The notes: a model not told the origin generated them from the sequence alone. 64,000 nt of DNA from Faecousia sp. (GCA_045649605.1 JAZRQF010000074.1:1200-65199), one strand, 5' to 3'. Positions 1-10,065 are shown, counted from the first letter of the stretch. Numbers and translations: made by a program.

Positions 1-47
1 AGCCCCCGTCCTACATAAAAATAAGATAAATTAAGGAGAAATTCTCT

Positions 48-668
48 ATGGATATGACAATGGAATCCTGCCGCAAGTTTGTAGAAGTGCTGGCATCCGA
101 TGCTCCGGCTCCCGGTGGTGGCGGTGCAGCTGCTCTGGTTGGCGCTATCGGCACTGCTCTGGGCAACATGGTTGGCTCTCTGACCGTTGGCAAGAAGAAG
201 TATGCAGAAGTCGAGGCTGAGATCATCGAACTGAAGGATAAGTGCGATGCACTGCAGAAGGAACTGCTGGATCAGGTCGAGGCTGACGAAGTCAACTTCC
301 TGCCTCTGGCAAAGGCTTACGGTATTCCCAAGGATGATCCTACTCGTGATCAGGTTATGGAAGAAGCTACCATCATCGCTTGCTCCACTCCCATGAAGAT
401 TATGGAGCTGTGCTGCCAGGCTATTGAGTACATCGCTGTATTTGCTGCTAAGGGCAGCCGTGTGGCTGTTTCCGATGCCGGTTGCGGCGCTGTATGCTGC
501 AAGGCGGCGCTGCAGGCTGCTTCTTTGAACGTATTTATTAACACAAAGACATTGAAGAACCGCGAGGTTGCTGAGCAGATGAACGAGAAGGCTCTGGGCA
601 TGCTGGCAAAGTACGGCGCTATGGCTGACGAGATCTTCAACACTGTTAAGGCCGGCTTCGGTGTTTAA
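48..668 (+). CDS. fchA: Methenyltetrahydrofolate cyclohydrolase / cyclodeaminase (FTCD_C family)
   Basis: ASDAPAPGGGGAAAL and SDAGCG...AALQAASLNVFIN motifs; AAGGAG RBS; directly upstream of folD. Confidence 0.85.
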   Translation: MDMTMESCRKFVEVLASDAPAPGGGGAAALVGAIGTALGNMVGSLTVGKKKYAEVEAEIIELKDKCDALQKELLDQVEADEVNFLPLAKAYGIPKDDPTRDQVMEEATIIACSTPMKIMELCCQAIEYIAVFAAKGSRVAVSDAGCGAVCCKAALQAASLNVFINTKTLKNREVAEQMNEKALGMLAKYGAMADEIFNTVKAGFGV

Positions 669-684
669 TTAGGAGGAAAAGAAA

Positions 685-1557
685 ATGGCAAAGCAATTAC
701 TGGGTAAAGAAGTTAACGAGGCTCTGGTAGCTGCACTGCAGGCACGTACCGCTGCTCTGCAGGAGAAGGGCGTAAAGGCTACTCTGGGCATCATCCGTCT
801 GGGTGAGAACCCCTCCGATCTGTCCTACGAGAAGGGCGCTACCAAGCGCGCTGAGGAAGTAGGCGTTGCTGTTAAGAATTACATCCTGCCCGAGGATGCT
901 TCCAAGGAAGATGTGCTGGCTGTTATCGATCAGGTCAATGCTGACGACAGCGTACACGGCGTGCTGATGTTCCGTCCTCTGCCCAAGCACCTGAAGGCTG
1001 ATCAGGACGAGATCTGCAACCGTCTGGATCCCAAGAAGGACGTAGACTCCATGACTCACATGTCCAATGCCGGTGTGTTTGAGGGTCAGGATCTGGGTTA
1101 CGCACCCTGCACTCCCGCTGCTTGCATGGAGATCCTGGATCACTATGGCATCGACTGCAAGGGCAAGAATGCCGTTGTTATCGGCCGTAGCCTGGTTGTT
1201 GGCAAGCCCGCTGCTATGATGCTGATGGGCAAGAACGCTACCGTTACCATCTGCCACACCAAGACTGTGAACACCGCAGAGATCTGCAAGAACGCTGACA
1301 TCATTGTTACCGCTGCCGGCGTGCTGGGCAGCCTGACCAAGGACTTTGTCAGCGAGGGTCAGATCGTTATCGACGTTTCCATGAACTGGAACCCCGAGAA
1401 GATCACCTCCAAGGGCAAGGGCGGCATGTCCGGCGACTGCGTCTTTGACGAGGTCGAGCCTATTGTTGGCGCAATCACTCCCGTTCCCGGTGGTGTTGGC
1501 GCAGTTACTACCACTGTGCTGATGAAGCACGTTGTGGAAGCTGCTGAGAAGGCTTAA
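685..1557 (+). CDS. folD: Methylenetetrahydrofolate dehydrogenase (FolD family)
   Basis: KDVD, APCTP, GRSLVVGKP and TPVPGGVG motifs. Confidence 0.95.
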   Translation: MAKQLLGKEVNEALVAALQARTAALQEKGVKATLGIIRLGENPSDLSYEKGATKRAEEVGVAVKNYILPEDASKEDVLAVIDQVNADDSVHGVLMFRPLPKHLKADQDEICNRLDPKKDVDSMTHMSNAGVFEGQDLGYAPCTPAACMEILDHYGIDCKGKNAVVIGRSLVVGKPAAMMLMGKNATVTICHTKTVNTAEICKNADIIVTAAGVLGSLTKDFVSEGQIVIDVSMNWNPEKITSKGKGGMSGDCVFDEVEPIVGAITPVPGGVGAVTTTVLMKHVVEAAEKA

Positions 1558-1582
1558 TCAAAAATAAAATTGCCGACCGTCT

Positions 1583-1616
1583 GGGCGATCCTGTCTTGTG
1601 ACGGGGTCGCCTTTTC
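1583..1616 (+). terminator. Intrinsic terminator after folD
   Basis: GGCGATCCTGTC-ttgt-GACGGGGTCGCC followed by TTTT. Confidence 0.65.
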
Positions 1617-1633
1617 GTTTAGGAGGGTCAATT

Positions 1634-3037
1634 ATGAAAAAACTGAACAATCTGCCTGAAAGCAGTTTTCTGAAGCTGTTTTTCGCTTTTGTTTCTTTTT
1701 GCTTTATTATCGCAGCCTTCTGCATGCCTGACCGTGGTGTGATTTTGAAGGGAATGCGCAACATTTTGTTGTTGCCCTGCAAGGTTACCAGTAACTATTT
1801 CCACATGGGCGGTTTTGCAGCCACATTCCTGAATATGGGTCTGGTGGGTCTTTTCTGCACAGCGCTGTGCTTCCTGCCCGGGGCAAAACCGGTCAATGCT
1901 ACAACTTTGGCAGTTCTGCTGACCATCGGCTTCGGTTCCTGGGGCATCAATCCTCTGAATATGATCCCCACAATTCTGGGTGTGCTGCTGTACTGCCTGG
2001 TGAAGAAGGAAAAACCCGGCAGCCAGATCAATGCCATGATGTTCTCCACCGGTATTGCACCGCTGATTTCTGAGCTGTTGTTCCGCTATCCCGGTACGAC
2101 TTACACAGGTCTGTTTACCGCTGCCGGCAGCTTCAATTTCCTGGGTTTGGGTCTTGCGCTGCTGGTTGGTTTGATCATCGGTTTCTTCCTGCCTGCAGGT
2201 CTGGGTCATGCACCCAATATTCACAAGGGTTACAACCACTATTCTGCCGCAGTTCCCATTGGCTTCACCGCATTTTTCCTGCGGGTAGTGCTTTACAATG
2301 TAATGCTGGGTAAGAAGATCGGTTCTCTTGGCGAACTGGAGTCCTATACCGGTGCATGCTGTGAGTTCTTCTGGGGCTGCAATATTTTCTGCATTGCGCT
2401 GTTTACTGTGTGTATTGTTGTGGCACTGCTCATGGGTTGCAAGCCTAAGGATTACTGGAATCTGATGAAAGATTCCGGCCAGGGTGTTAGCTTTACCACT
2501 AAGTACGGCAACGCACCGTTCCTGATGAATGTGGGTGTTTACGGTCTGATGATCGTGGCATACTTCAACCTTGCCGCATTGATCGACGGCGGTGCCGCTC
2601 GCATGGGTACTGTGTGGAACGGTATGACCTTTGGTATCGTATTCTGTATGCTGTGTACTTGCAACTCCGGTTCTCATCCCCGGAACGTGCTGCCCATTAT
2701 GGTTGGCTACGTGGCAACATCCTTCCTGTTCGGTTGGATCTTCGGTTTGCTGGGCGGTGAGAATTACGGCCTGACCATTGCGTCTCAGGGCATTCTGATC
2801 GGTATGTGCTACGCCAACGGTCTGTCTCCCATTTCCGGCAAGTACGGTTTTGGCTATGGCATACTGGCAGGCGGCCTGCACTACCTGCTGGTAACGGCAG
2901 TTCCCGACATGCACGGTGGTTTCTGCTTGTATAACGGCGGCTTTACCGCTGCGCTGATCTGCCTGCTGCTGGTACCGCAACTGGAAAAGTTCTGCAAGAC
3001 AAAAGAAGAAAAAATCTTAGCAAAGGCTTCTAAATAA
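1634..3037 (+). CDS. DUF1576-like polytopic membrane protein
   Basis: Many TM segments; internal duplication (GGFAATFLNMGLVG / GNAPFLMNVGVYG; HKGYNHYSAA / HGGFCLYNGGF); AGGAGG RBS before ATG 1634. Confidence 0.75.
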   Translation: MKKLNNLPESSFLKLFFAFVSFCFIIAAFCMPDRGVILKGMRNILLLPCKVTSNYFHMGGFAATFLNMGLVGLFCTALCFLPGAKPVNATTLAVLLTIGFGSWGINPLNMIPTILGVLLYCLVKKEKPGSQINAMMFSTGIAPLISELLFRYPGTTYTGLFTAAGSFNFLGLGLALLVGLIIGFFLPAGLGHAPNIHKGYNHYSAAVPIGFTAFFLRVVLYNVMLGKKIGSLGELESYTGACCEFFWGCNIFCIALFTVCIVVALLMGCKPKDYWNLMKDSGQGVSFTTKYGNAPFLMNVGVYGLMIVAYFNLAALIDGGAARMGTVWNGMTFGIVFCMLCTCNSGSHPRNVLPIMVGYVATSFLFGWIFGLLGGENYGLTIASQGILIGMCYANGLSPISGKYGFGYGILAGGLHYLLVTAVPDMHGGFCLYNGGFTAALICLLLVPQLEKFCKTKEEKILAKASK

Positions 3038-3042
3038 ATGAT

Positions 3043-3074
3043 AACTCCCCGGAATTTAAATTCCGGGGAGTTTA
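3043..3074 (+). terminator. Intrinsic terminator
   Basis: AACTCCCCGGAAT...ATTCCGGGGAGTT inverted repeat. Confidence 0.75.
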
Positions 3075-3127
3075 ATTATGTCTAAAAAATTTTTCGTTTT
3101 TCTTTGCAAATTTGTTAGCTATTGCTC

Positions 3128-3156
3128 TTGCGCATAGGAACACAGAGTGGTATGAT
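3128..3156 (+). promoter_or_regulatory. Sigma-A promoter of the antiporter
   Basis: TTGCGC-N17-TATGAT with extended -10 TG. Confidence 0.55.
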
Positions 3157-3244
3157 ACGGCGCAGACGAGGAAATAAAAAAAGACTGTCGCGGATTGCCC
3201 CCTCAGCCGATTTCCCCAAAACGGTTAAAAAGAAGGTCTAATTT

Positions 3245-4534
3245 TTGGAAACGTCTCTTATTTGTCTGGCAGTCGCTGTTATTGGAGGATTGCTGCTTTC
3301 GCGCTTAACCAAGTTGATCAAATTGCCTGCGGTCACTGCCTATCTGCTGGCAGGTTTGTTGCTTGGCCCGTTCTGTATAGGTATGCTTGGAATCGAAGGT
3401 GTGGGATTCCAGTCCTTTGAGCAGTTGGAAGGGTTGGGAATTCTGACCCAGACCGCGCTGGGTTTCATCGCTTTTGCAATGGGCAGCGAATTCCGGCTGC
3501 ATCAGCTCAAAAGCATGGGTACAAAGGCAATCGTGATCGGTTGTGTGCAGGCTGTGGTGGCTACGGTGCTGGTAGATATGGTGCTAATCGTGCTGCATCT
3601 GCTGTTCCCGCAGGTGATCTCTCTGCCGGCGGCCCTTGTTTTGGGCGCTATTGCATCGGCAACTGCCCCGGCAGCGACTCTGATGGTGGTCCGTCAGTAT
3701 AAGGCGGACGGCCCGCTGACAAGACTGTTGCTGTTGGTAGTCGCCATTGATGATGCGGTGGGTTTGCTGTTGTTTTCTGTATCTTTTGGAATTGCAACAG
3801 CGTTGGAAAACGGAGCAATTAACCTGCTGGGTGTTGCAATAGAACCCATATTGGAAATCGTCCTATCTTTGGGATTGGGTGCGATCATGGGTGTTTTGCT
3901 TGACCGTGTAGAAAGATTTTTCCACTCCCGAAGCAAGCGTATGACCATTTCCGTGGCATTTGTTCTGCTGACGGTGGGATTGTCTATGCTGAAATTCTCC
4001 ATAGGTCCGGTGCACTGCGGTTTTTCTTTGCTGCTGGTATGCATGATGACCGGCACGGTTTTCTGCAACGTGTGCGATACCTCTCAGGAACTGATGGACC
4101 GTGTGGAGGGATGGACTGTACCGCTGAACGTGCTGTTCTTCGTGATTTCCGGCGCAGAACTGGATATTCAGGTGCTGGCTAATCCCATCACCCTGATCGT
4201 AGGTGTGTTGTACATTTTAGCGCGCTCGGCAGGTAAATATTTTGGCGCCTACGGAAGCTGCCGTTGCTGCAAATGTGCGCCGCAGATCACCAAGCATTTG
4301 GGTATTACGTTGTTACCCCAGGCAGGTGTTGCATTGGGTATGGCATTGACGGCAACCGCATTGTCTGACGGTGCGCTGGTACGTAATGTGGTGCTGTTTA
4401 GTGTGTTGGTATATGAATTGGTTGGCCCTGCGCTGACAAAACGCTCTTTGCTACTGGCAGGAGAAATCAAACCCGAGGGCAAGACCAGCGCAAGAAAGCT
4501 GGATCAGCCAAGAGAGCATATGAGCATTCATTAA
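3245..4534 (+). CDS. Cation:proton antiporter (CPA2/Na_H_Exchanger family)
   Basis: ~12 TM; ASATAPAAT, VVAIDDAVG, FFVISGAELD, RSAGKY and LLPQAGVALG motifs. Confidence 0.88.
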   Translation: METSLICLAVAVIGGLLLSRLTKLIKLPAVTAYLLAGLLLGPFCIGMLGIEGVGFQSFEQLEGLGILTQTALGFIAFAMGSEFRLHQLKSMGTKAIVIGCVQAVVATVLVDMVLIVLHLLFPQVISLPAALVLGAIASATAPAATLMVVRQYKADGPLTRLLLLVVAIDDAVGLLLFSVSFGIATALENGAINLLGVAIEPILEIVLSLGLGAIMGVLLDRVERFFHSRSKRMTISVAFVLLTVGLSMLKFSIGPVHCGFSLLLVCMMTGTVFCNVCDTSQELMDRVEGWTVPLNVLFFVISGAELDIQVLANPITLIVGVLYILARSAGKYFGAYGSCRCCKCAPQITKHLGITLLPQAGVALGMALTATALSDGALVRNVVLFSVLVYELVGPALTKRSLLLAGEIKPEGKTSARKLDQPREHMSIH

Positions 4535-4538
4535 AAGA

Positions 4539-4572
4539 AAATATCCGGCATCTATTTAGATGCCGGATATTT
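4539..4572. terminator. Bidirectional terminator
   Basis: AAATATCCGGCATCT / AGATGCCGGATATTT between convergent genes. Confidence 0.75.
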
Positions 4573-4906
4573 ATTTCATAAATTTATCGATTGCCTGACA
4601 CAGATCGTCGATAGCATCTTCGTCTCCGGCGGCGACTGCATCTACCATGCAGTGGCGCATGTGATCTTTCAAAATCACCTTGCCGGTATTGTCCAGTGCG
4701 GAACGGACAGCGGCTAACTGCACCAGCACTTCGGAGCAGTCATAACCTTCTTCTACCATGCGTTTCACTTTTTCTAAGTGGCCAATGGCCCGTGCCAGAC
4801 GGTTAACAACCGCTTTCTGATTTTCGTGGACGTGTCCGTGGCTGTGGGCGATGCCATGGGCGTGCATATAGGAATGTTCGTGATCGTGTTCGTGATGATC
4901 TGCCAT
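4571..4906 (-). CDS. CsoR/RcnR-family metal-sensing repressor with His-rich N-terminus
   Basis: NRLARAIGHL...DCSEVLVQLAAVRSAL...HMRHC core; N-terminal HHEHDHEH tail. Confidence 0.9.
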   Translation of the reverse strand: MADHHEHDHEHSYMHAHGIAHSHGHVHENQKAVVNRLARAIGHLEKVKRMVEEGYDCSEVLVQLAAVRSALDNTGKVILKDHMRHCMVDAVAAGDEDAIDDLCQAIDKFMK

Positions 4907-4935
4907 AGCTGCACCCTCCTTAACATATTTTTGCC

Positions 4936-4980
4936 ATTATACCGCATTTTTCTTCCGCTTGCAACCCCCTTTAGGGGATA
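4936..4980 (-). promoter_or_regulatory. Sigma-A promoter plus C/G-tract inverted repeat (putative CsoR/RcnR operator)
   Basis: Minus strand TATCCCCTAAAGGGGG-TTGCAA-N17-TATAAT. Confidence 0.6.
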
Positions 4981-5058
4981 AAGAAAATTGACTGTTATGC
5001 CGGTGTCTGTTATAATGTAGCATTATATGAATTGTTTCCTGTCAGGAGGATTTTGAAT

Positions 5059-5745
5059 ATGAGAATGCGTAAGATGAAAAACTTAGAGCCGCGAATGGAA
5101 AAGTGTGCGGCATACCGTGTAGCCCAGCCGGAAACCATGAAGGGTAACTGGCGGTCTTTGAAGCCGGATTGTACCGCTCTTTGGGTGGAAGTCGGCTGCG
5201 GCAAAGGTAAATTCACCGCAGAGACAGCCCAGGCCAACCCCGATGTGCTGATGATCGCTGTGGAGCGTTGCCGGGAAGCTATGGTCGTGGCTATGGAAAA
5301 GGCCCGGGATATGGGTCTGACCAACGTGTTTTACATCGACATGGATGTGGAAAAGATCGAGGAGATCTTTGCGCCGGAAGAGATTGACCGGCTGTTTATC
5401 AACTTCCCCGATCCTTGGCCTAGAAAGAAAAATGCCAAGCGTCGCTTGACCCACAGAGGATTTTTGGACAAGTATTGCCGGGTTGTTCGTACTGGCGGCG
5501 AGTTCCATTTTAAGACGGATAACGCACCGTTGTTCGAGTTCAGCGTGGAAGAGTTTGCAGCTTGCGGCTTGCAGGTGAACAATTTGACCCGCAATCTTCA
5601 TGAAAATGGCATCGTGGGCATTATGACCGGTTATGAGGAAAAGTTCCATGCATTGGGAACGCCGATTAACCGCTGTGAAGTGGTTTGCAAGCCCTTTATT
5701 TTGCCCCCGGAGGAGAAGAAAAAGTCTGCGGAGGAAGAAGTATGA
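5059..5745 (+). CDS. trmB: tRNA (guanine-N7)-methyltransferase
   Basis: EVGCGKG, NFPDPWP, KRRLT, FKTDN and TGYEEKF motifs. Confidence 0.95.
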   Translation: MRMRKMKNLEPRMEKCAAYRVAQPETMKGNWRSLKPDCTALWVEVGCGKGKFTAETAQANPDVLMIAVERCREAMVVAMEKARDMGLTNVFYIDMDVEKIEEIFAPEEIDRLFINFPDPWPRKKNAKRRLTHRGFLDKYCRVVRTGGEFHFKTDNAPLFEFSVEEFAACGLQVNNLTRNLHENGIVGIMTGYEEKFHALGTPINRCEVVCKPFILPPEEKKKSAEEEV

Positions 5746-7616
5746 CCGGCTATAAAGCAGGTGCTTGTGATGTGGCGGTCATCGGCGCAGGTCACGCAGG
5801 TATTGAGGCAGCGCTGGCATCCGCACGGATGGGCATGAAAACCATTTTGTTCACCATCAACTTAGATGCGGTGGGCAATATGCCTTGCAACCCGGCCATC
5901 GGCGGTACCGGCAAAGGACATCTTGTCCGGGAACTGGATGCCTTGGGCGGCGAAATGGGTGTGGCGGCTGACAAAGCCTGCATTCAGTACCGTATGCTCA
6001 ACAAGGGCAAAGGTCCTGCTGTCCATTCCTTGCGTGCGCAAGCAGACCGCCGCCAATATCAGCAGGTGATGAAGCACACCTTGGAGCTGCAGGAGAATCT
6101 GGAGCTGAAGCAGGCGCAGATCACCGAAGTGTTGACGGAAAACGGCGCAGTTACCGGTGTCCGTACCCAGTTAGGCGCGCAATATTCTGCTCGTGCGGTG
6201 GTGATTGCTACCGGCACATTTTTGGACAGCACCATCGTCATTGGCGAATCCGTTCAGCAGTCCGGACCGGACGGCATGCATGCCTCCATCGGTCTGGCAG
6301 ATAACTTGCGGTCTTTGGGGTTGTCGCTGCGTCGGTTCAAAACCGGCACACCGCCCCGCATTAATCGCAGAAGCATTGATTTTTCCCAAATGGAACTGCA
6401 ACCGGGCGATGAAGATCCGGAGCCGTTCTCTTTCCGGACAGCCCACAAGCCGGAAAATCAGGCGGTGTGCTATCTGACCTATACCAATGAAAAGACCCAC
6501 GAGATCATTCGTCAGAATCTGTATCGCAGTCCTATGTATGACGGCACGATCTCCGGCGTAGGCCCTCGCTACTGCCCCAGCATTGAGACGAAAATCGTCC
6601 GATTTGCCGAGAAAAACCGGCATCAGCTATTCATTGAGCCTTGCGGCATGGATACCGAGGAAATGTACATTCAAGGCTTTTCCAGCAGCTTGCCGGAGGA
6701 TGTGCAACTGGAAATGCTGAGAACCATTCCCGGTTTGGAAAATGCAGAAATGATGCGCCCGGCATACGCTATTGAATATGAGTGCATTGACCCAACCCAA
6801 CTGCTGCCCACCTTGGAAACCAAGTGTGTTTCCGGTCTTTACGGCGCAGGCCAGTTCAACGGCACGTCCGGTTATGAGGAAGCAGCGGCGCAGGGTTTGG
6901 TGGCAGGTGTGAACGCAGCGCTGAAGCTGCAGGGAAAAGACCCTATGATCCTGACCCGTGACACCAGTTATATCGGTACGCTTATCGATGACTTGGTTAC
7001 CAAAGGCACAGAAGAACCTTACCGAATTATGACCAGCCGTTCAGAGTACCGGCTGCTGCACCGGCAGGACAATGCAGATCAGCGGCTTACTGCCATTGGC
7101 GCAGCGGTTGGCTTAGTTCCTAAGGAACGACTGGAAGCGGTGGAGCAGAAGTATGCCCTTGTCCGGCAGGAAATTGCCCGACTGGAGGGTAACGGTGTGC
7201 CTGCATCCCCGGAACTCAATGAGATGCTTGCATTGCGGGACTCTGCGCCGGTAGCAAATTCTGCCCGTTTGGCAGATCTGCTGCGTAGACCTCAGGTGAC
7301 CTATGAGGATATTTCTCCCTTTGATCCCGGCAGACCGGAGCTTCCCGTGTCTGTTGCAGAAGAGGTGGAGATTCAGGTAAAATATGCAGGTTACCTTGCC
7401 CGGCAGGAAAAGCAGGTGGAGGCATTCCGGAAAGAGGAGTCCCGTCTGCTGCCTGTGGATATGGATTACGAAGCCATCGCCGGCTTGCGATTGGAGGCAC
7501 GGGAAAAGCTGATGCAGATCCGCCCCATGTCCATTGGACAGGCAGGCCGCATTTCCGGTGTCAGTCCGGCAGACATTGCAGTCTTGCTGATCTGGCTGGA
7601 ACAAAACGAAAAGTAA
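5742..7616 (+). CDS. mnmG: tRNA uridine 5-carboxymethylaminomethyl modification enzyme
   Basis: [35 protein letters not shown] and [12 protein letters not shown] motifs; overlaps trmB stop. Confidence 0.97.
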   Translation: MTGYKAGACDVAVIGAGHAGIEAALASARMGMKTILFTINLDAVGNMPCNPAIGGTGKGHLVRELDALGGEMGVAADKACIQYRMLNKGKGPAVHSLRAQADRRQYQQVMKHTLELQENLELKQAQITEVLTENGAVTGVRTQLGAQYSARAVVIATGTFLDSTIVIGESVQQSGPDGMHASIGLADNLRSLGLSLRRFKTGTPPRINRRSIDFSQMELQPGDEDPEPFSFRTAHKPENQAVCYLTYTNEKTHEIIRQNLYRSPMYDGTISGVGPRYCPSIETKIVRFAEKNRHQLFIEPCGMDTEEMYIQGFSSSLPEDVQLEMLRTIPGLENAEMMRPAYAIEYECIDPTQLLPTLETKCVSGLYGAGQFNGTSGYEEAAAQGLVAGVNAALKLQGKDPMILTRDTSYIGTLIDDLVTKGTEEPYRIMTSRSEYRLLHRQDNADQRLTAIGAAVGLVPKERLEAVEQKYALVRQEIARLEGNGVPASPELNEMLALRDSAPVANSARLADLLRRPQVTYEDISPFDPGRPELPVSVAEEVEIQVKYAGYLARQEKQVEAFRKEESRLLPVDMDYEAIAGLRLEAREKLMQIRPMSIGQAGRISGVSPADIAVLLIWLEQNEK

Positions 7617-7617
7617 C

Positions 7618-7661
7618 ACAATAATCGCCTTCGACGCATAGGATAGTCGGAGGCGATTTTT
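7618..7661 (+). promoter_or_regulatory. Terminator hairpin containing a sigma-K/E-like -10 and the downstream RBS
   Basis: AATCGCCTTCGAC-gcataggata-GTCGGAGGCGATT-T run; AC-N17-CATAGGATA. Confidence 0.5.
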
Positions 7662-8582
7662 TTGGCGATTGTAAATACGACAGTACCCATCACAGCAGAA
7701 AGCTGCGACCAGATGATACGGGAGATTGTCCGCACCTATCCATTCTGCCGCACAGAGTTGTTGGCAACCACGGCATTTCAGCGACCGATTCGCACATTGG
7801 TGATCGGGCAGGGATCACGGAAAGTTTTGTTTTCGGCGGCTCACCATGCCAATGAGTGGATCACTGCGCTGATACTGTTAAAATTTGCGGAGGAGTTTGC
7901 AGAAGCGATCCGTTCCGGCGGCCAGATTTTCGGGGAAGATGCGGCTGGATTGGCTGAGAATGTTACGGTGTATATGGTGCCTATGGTTGATCCGGACGGG
8001 GTGGACTTGGTGGTAGGCGAGATCGGGCCGGGGGATCTTCAGTTTGACCTTGCCCAGCGGTTGGCGCAGGACTATCCGGCAATCCCATTTCCCGACGGCT
8101 GGAAGGCCAATTTGCTGGGGGTAGATCTGAACTTGCAATACCCGGCAGGTTGGCTGCAGGCAAGGGAGATCAAATTCAGTCAGGGATTCACTACACCCGG
8201 CCCACGGGATTATGTGGGCAGAGCGCCCTTAAATCAGTTTGAGTCCCGGGCGTTGGCAGGGTATACCGAAGCGGTTGATCCGGCGCTGGTGCTGGCATAC
8301 CATTCCCAGGGCAAGGAAATCTACTGGCAATTTCAGGACTACGATGTGCCGGGGGCAAGAGCATTGGGAGAGGAATTTGCCCGTGTCAGCGGGTATACTC
8401 TGACGGAAGCGCCTTTTAATTCCAGCTTTGCCGGATACAAGGACTGGTTTATTCAGTTGTTCCGCCGTCCCGGTTATACCATAGAAGTAGGCGAGGGGGT
8501 TAATCCGCTGCCCCTTTCTCAGTTTGACGAAATTTACAAAGATAATTTAGGGATTCTGGTCACCGCAGCAAGAGGGTTTTGA
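7662..8582 (+). CDS. M14 metallocarboxypeptidase (gamma-D-glutamyl-meso-diaminopimelate peptidase-like)
   Basis: HHANE zinc motif, PMVDPDG, WKANLLGVDLN, YHSQG, GYKDWF and TIEVG motifs; TTG start. Confidence 0.85.
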   Translation: MAIVNTTVPITAESCDQMIREIVRTYPFCRTELLATTAFQRPIRTLVIGQGSRKVLFSAAHHANEWITALILLKFAEEFAEAIRSGGQIFGEDAAGLAENVTVYMVPMVDPDGVDLVVGEIGPGDLQFDLAQRLAQDYPAIPFPDGWKANLLGVDLNLQYPAGWLQAREIKFSQGFTTPGPRDYVGRAPLNQFESRALAGYTEAVDPALVLAYHSQGKEIYWQFQDYDVPGARALGEEFARVSGYTLTEAPFNSSFAGYKDWFIQLFRRPGYTIEVGEGVNPLPLSQFDEIYKDNLGILVTAARGF

Positions 8583-8668
8583 ACATTTTATAAATTTCTG
8601 GAAGCAGGGTTGCGGAAACGGATTTCTGGGGATATAATAAATATAATTCTTACAAAGCAGGTGAGCCA

Positions 8669-9550
8669 GTGAAAAAATTGCTCTTTGTTATGAATCCCAA
8701 CGCAGGCATGCGCAAGGCGAACCGTCTGCTGCCGGAGATTTTTTCCGTGTTTAACCGCGCTGATTATGACGTGGTGGCATATATGACCGCCAAGCAGGGC
8801 GATGCAAAGGAATATGTCTTTGAGAATGCAAAGACCGCCGATATCGTTGTCTGTTGCGGCGGTGACGGCACATTCAACGAAACGGTTGCCGGTTTGATGG
8901 AAAGTGGCGCAGATGTGCCTTTGGGATACATTCCTGCAGGTTCTACCAATGATTTTGCGAATAGTCTGGGCATCTCCACCGATGTGTTGCAGGCGGCAAA
9001 GAATATTGTAAATGGCATACCCCAACGCTATGATGTATGCTGTTTTGGCGGCAGATACTTCACTTACGTGGCATCCTTTGGCGCATTTACCAAAGCTAGC
9101 TACGCCACACCGCAGAACGTGAAAAATGCACTAGGCCACACGGCGTATATTTTGGAAGGAATTCAGGAGCTTTCTCAAATCCGATCTATGCCGGTAAAAA
9201 TTCAGCTGGACGACGAAGTGCTGGAAGATAACTACTTGTTCGGCGCAATCTGCAACTCCACCAGTGTGGGCGGTATTTTGACACTGGATCCCAAGCAGGT
9301 GGATATGAGCGACGGCTTGTTTGAAATTTTGCTGGTCCGTGCACCCAAAGAACTCAGTGAGATCAGCGAGTGCATTCAGGCAGTACAAAAGCAGCAGTAT
9401 AATTGCGGAATGATCACCTTCCGTAGCGCCAGCCGGGCGACAGTTTTTGCAGACCCGGAGATGAATTGGACGCTGGACGGCGAAAAAGAGCCGGGTAGGG
9501 AAGAGATCTTCGTAGAAAATATGCATCATGCAATCCAAATGGTGAAATAA
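8669..9550 (+). CDS. Diacylglycerol/lipid kinase (YegS/DgkB family)
   Basis: NPNAG, GGDGTFNE, PAGSTNDFA and LDGE motifs. Confidence 0.9.
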   Translation: MKKLLFVMNPNAGMRKANRLLPEIFSVFNRADYDVVAYMTAKQGDAKEYVFENAKTADIVVCCGGDGTFNETVAGLMESGADVPLGYIPAGSTNDFANSLGISTDVLQAAKNIVNGIPQRYDVCCFGGRYFTYVASFGAFTKASYATPQNVKNALGHTAYILEGIQELSQIRSMPVKIQLDDEVLEDNYLFGAICNSTSVGGILTLDPKQVDMSDGLFEILLVRAPKELSEISECIQAVQKQQYNCGMITFRSASRATVFADPEMNWTLDGEKEPGREEIFVENMHHAIQMVK

Positions 9551-9552
9551 TT

Positions 9553-10020
9553 ATGATCAATACTACACTATGTTATATCACCCGGGACGACGAGGTTTTG
9601 ATGCTCCATCGGGTGAAAAAGCAAAACGATATCAATAAAGACAAATGGATCGGCATCGGCGGCAAGTTTGAAGGAGAGGAATCTCCCGACGAATGTCTGC
9701 TCCGGGAAGCGAAAGAGGAAACTGGTCTGACGCTGACCAATTGGCAGTGCCGTGGTGTCATTACCTTTTTGAACGACTGCTGTGAAGGAGAATTTATGTA
9801 CCTGTTCACAGCCGACGGTTTCGAAGGGGAACTGAAAGAATGCGACGAGGGCGAATTGAAGTGGATCAGCCGGGACTTTTTGGACAGCCTGCCCAAGTGG
9901 GAGGGTGACCAAATTTTTCTGGATCTGCTGTGGCAGAATGCGCCGTTCTTTCTGCTGACTTTGCGCTACCACGGTGATCAATTGGTAGAAGCAATTTTGA
10001 ACGGAGAGAAGATAAGATAA
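9553..10020 (+). CDS. NUDIX hydrolase, 8-oxo-dGTP diphosphatase (MutT/MutX-like)
   Basis: GGKFEGEESPDECLLREAKEETGL Nudix box; CDEGELKW and LPKWEGD. Confidence 0.9.
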   Translation: MINTTLCYITRDDEVLMLHRVKKQNDINKDKWIGIGGKFEGEESPDECLLREAKEETGLTLTNWQCRGVITFLNDCCEGEFMYLFTADGFEGELKECDEGELKWISRDFLDSLPKWEGDQIFLDLLWQNAPFFLLTLRYHGDQLVEAILNGEKIR

Positions 10021-10024
10021 AATA

Positions 10025-10054
10025 AAAAACCCACCGCAAAAGCGGTGGGTTTTT
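10025..10054. terminator. Bidirectional terminator
   Basis: AAAAACCCACCGC-aaaa-GCGGTGGGTTTTT. Confidence 0.8.
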
Positions 10055-10065
10055 CTTTGCATTTA

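Noticed and set aside
697-2980. Long antisense ORFs (277 and 450 aa) opposite folD and DUF1576
   Set aside because: Codon-register shadows of biased sense genes; no RBS or motifs
3157-3244. Possible c-di-AMP, Na+ or Li+ riboswitch before the antiporter
   Set aside because: I could not match the conserved motifs of these riboswitches and there is no terminator; only an Rfam scan could rescue it
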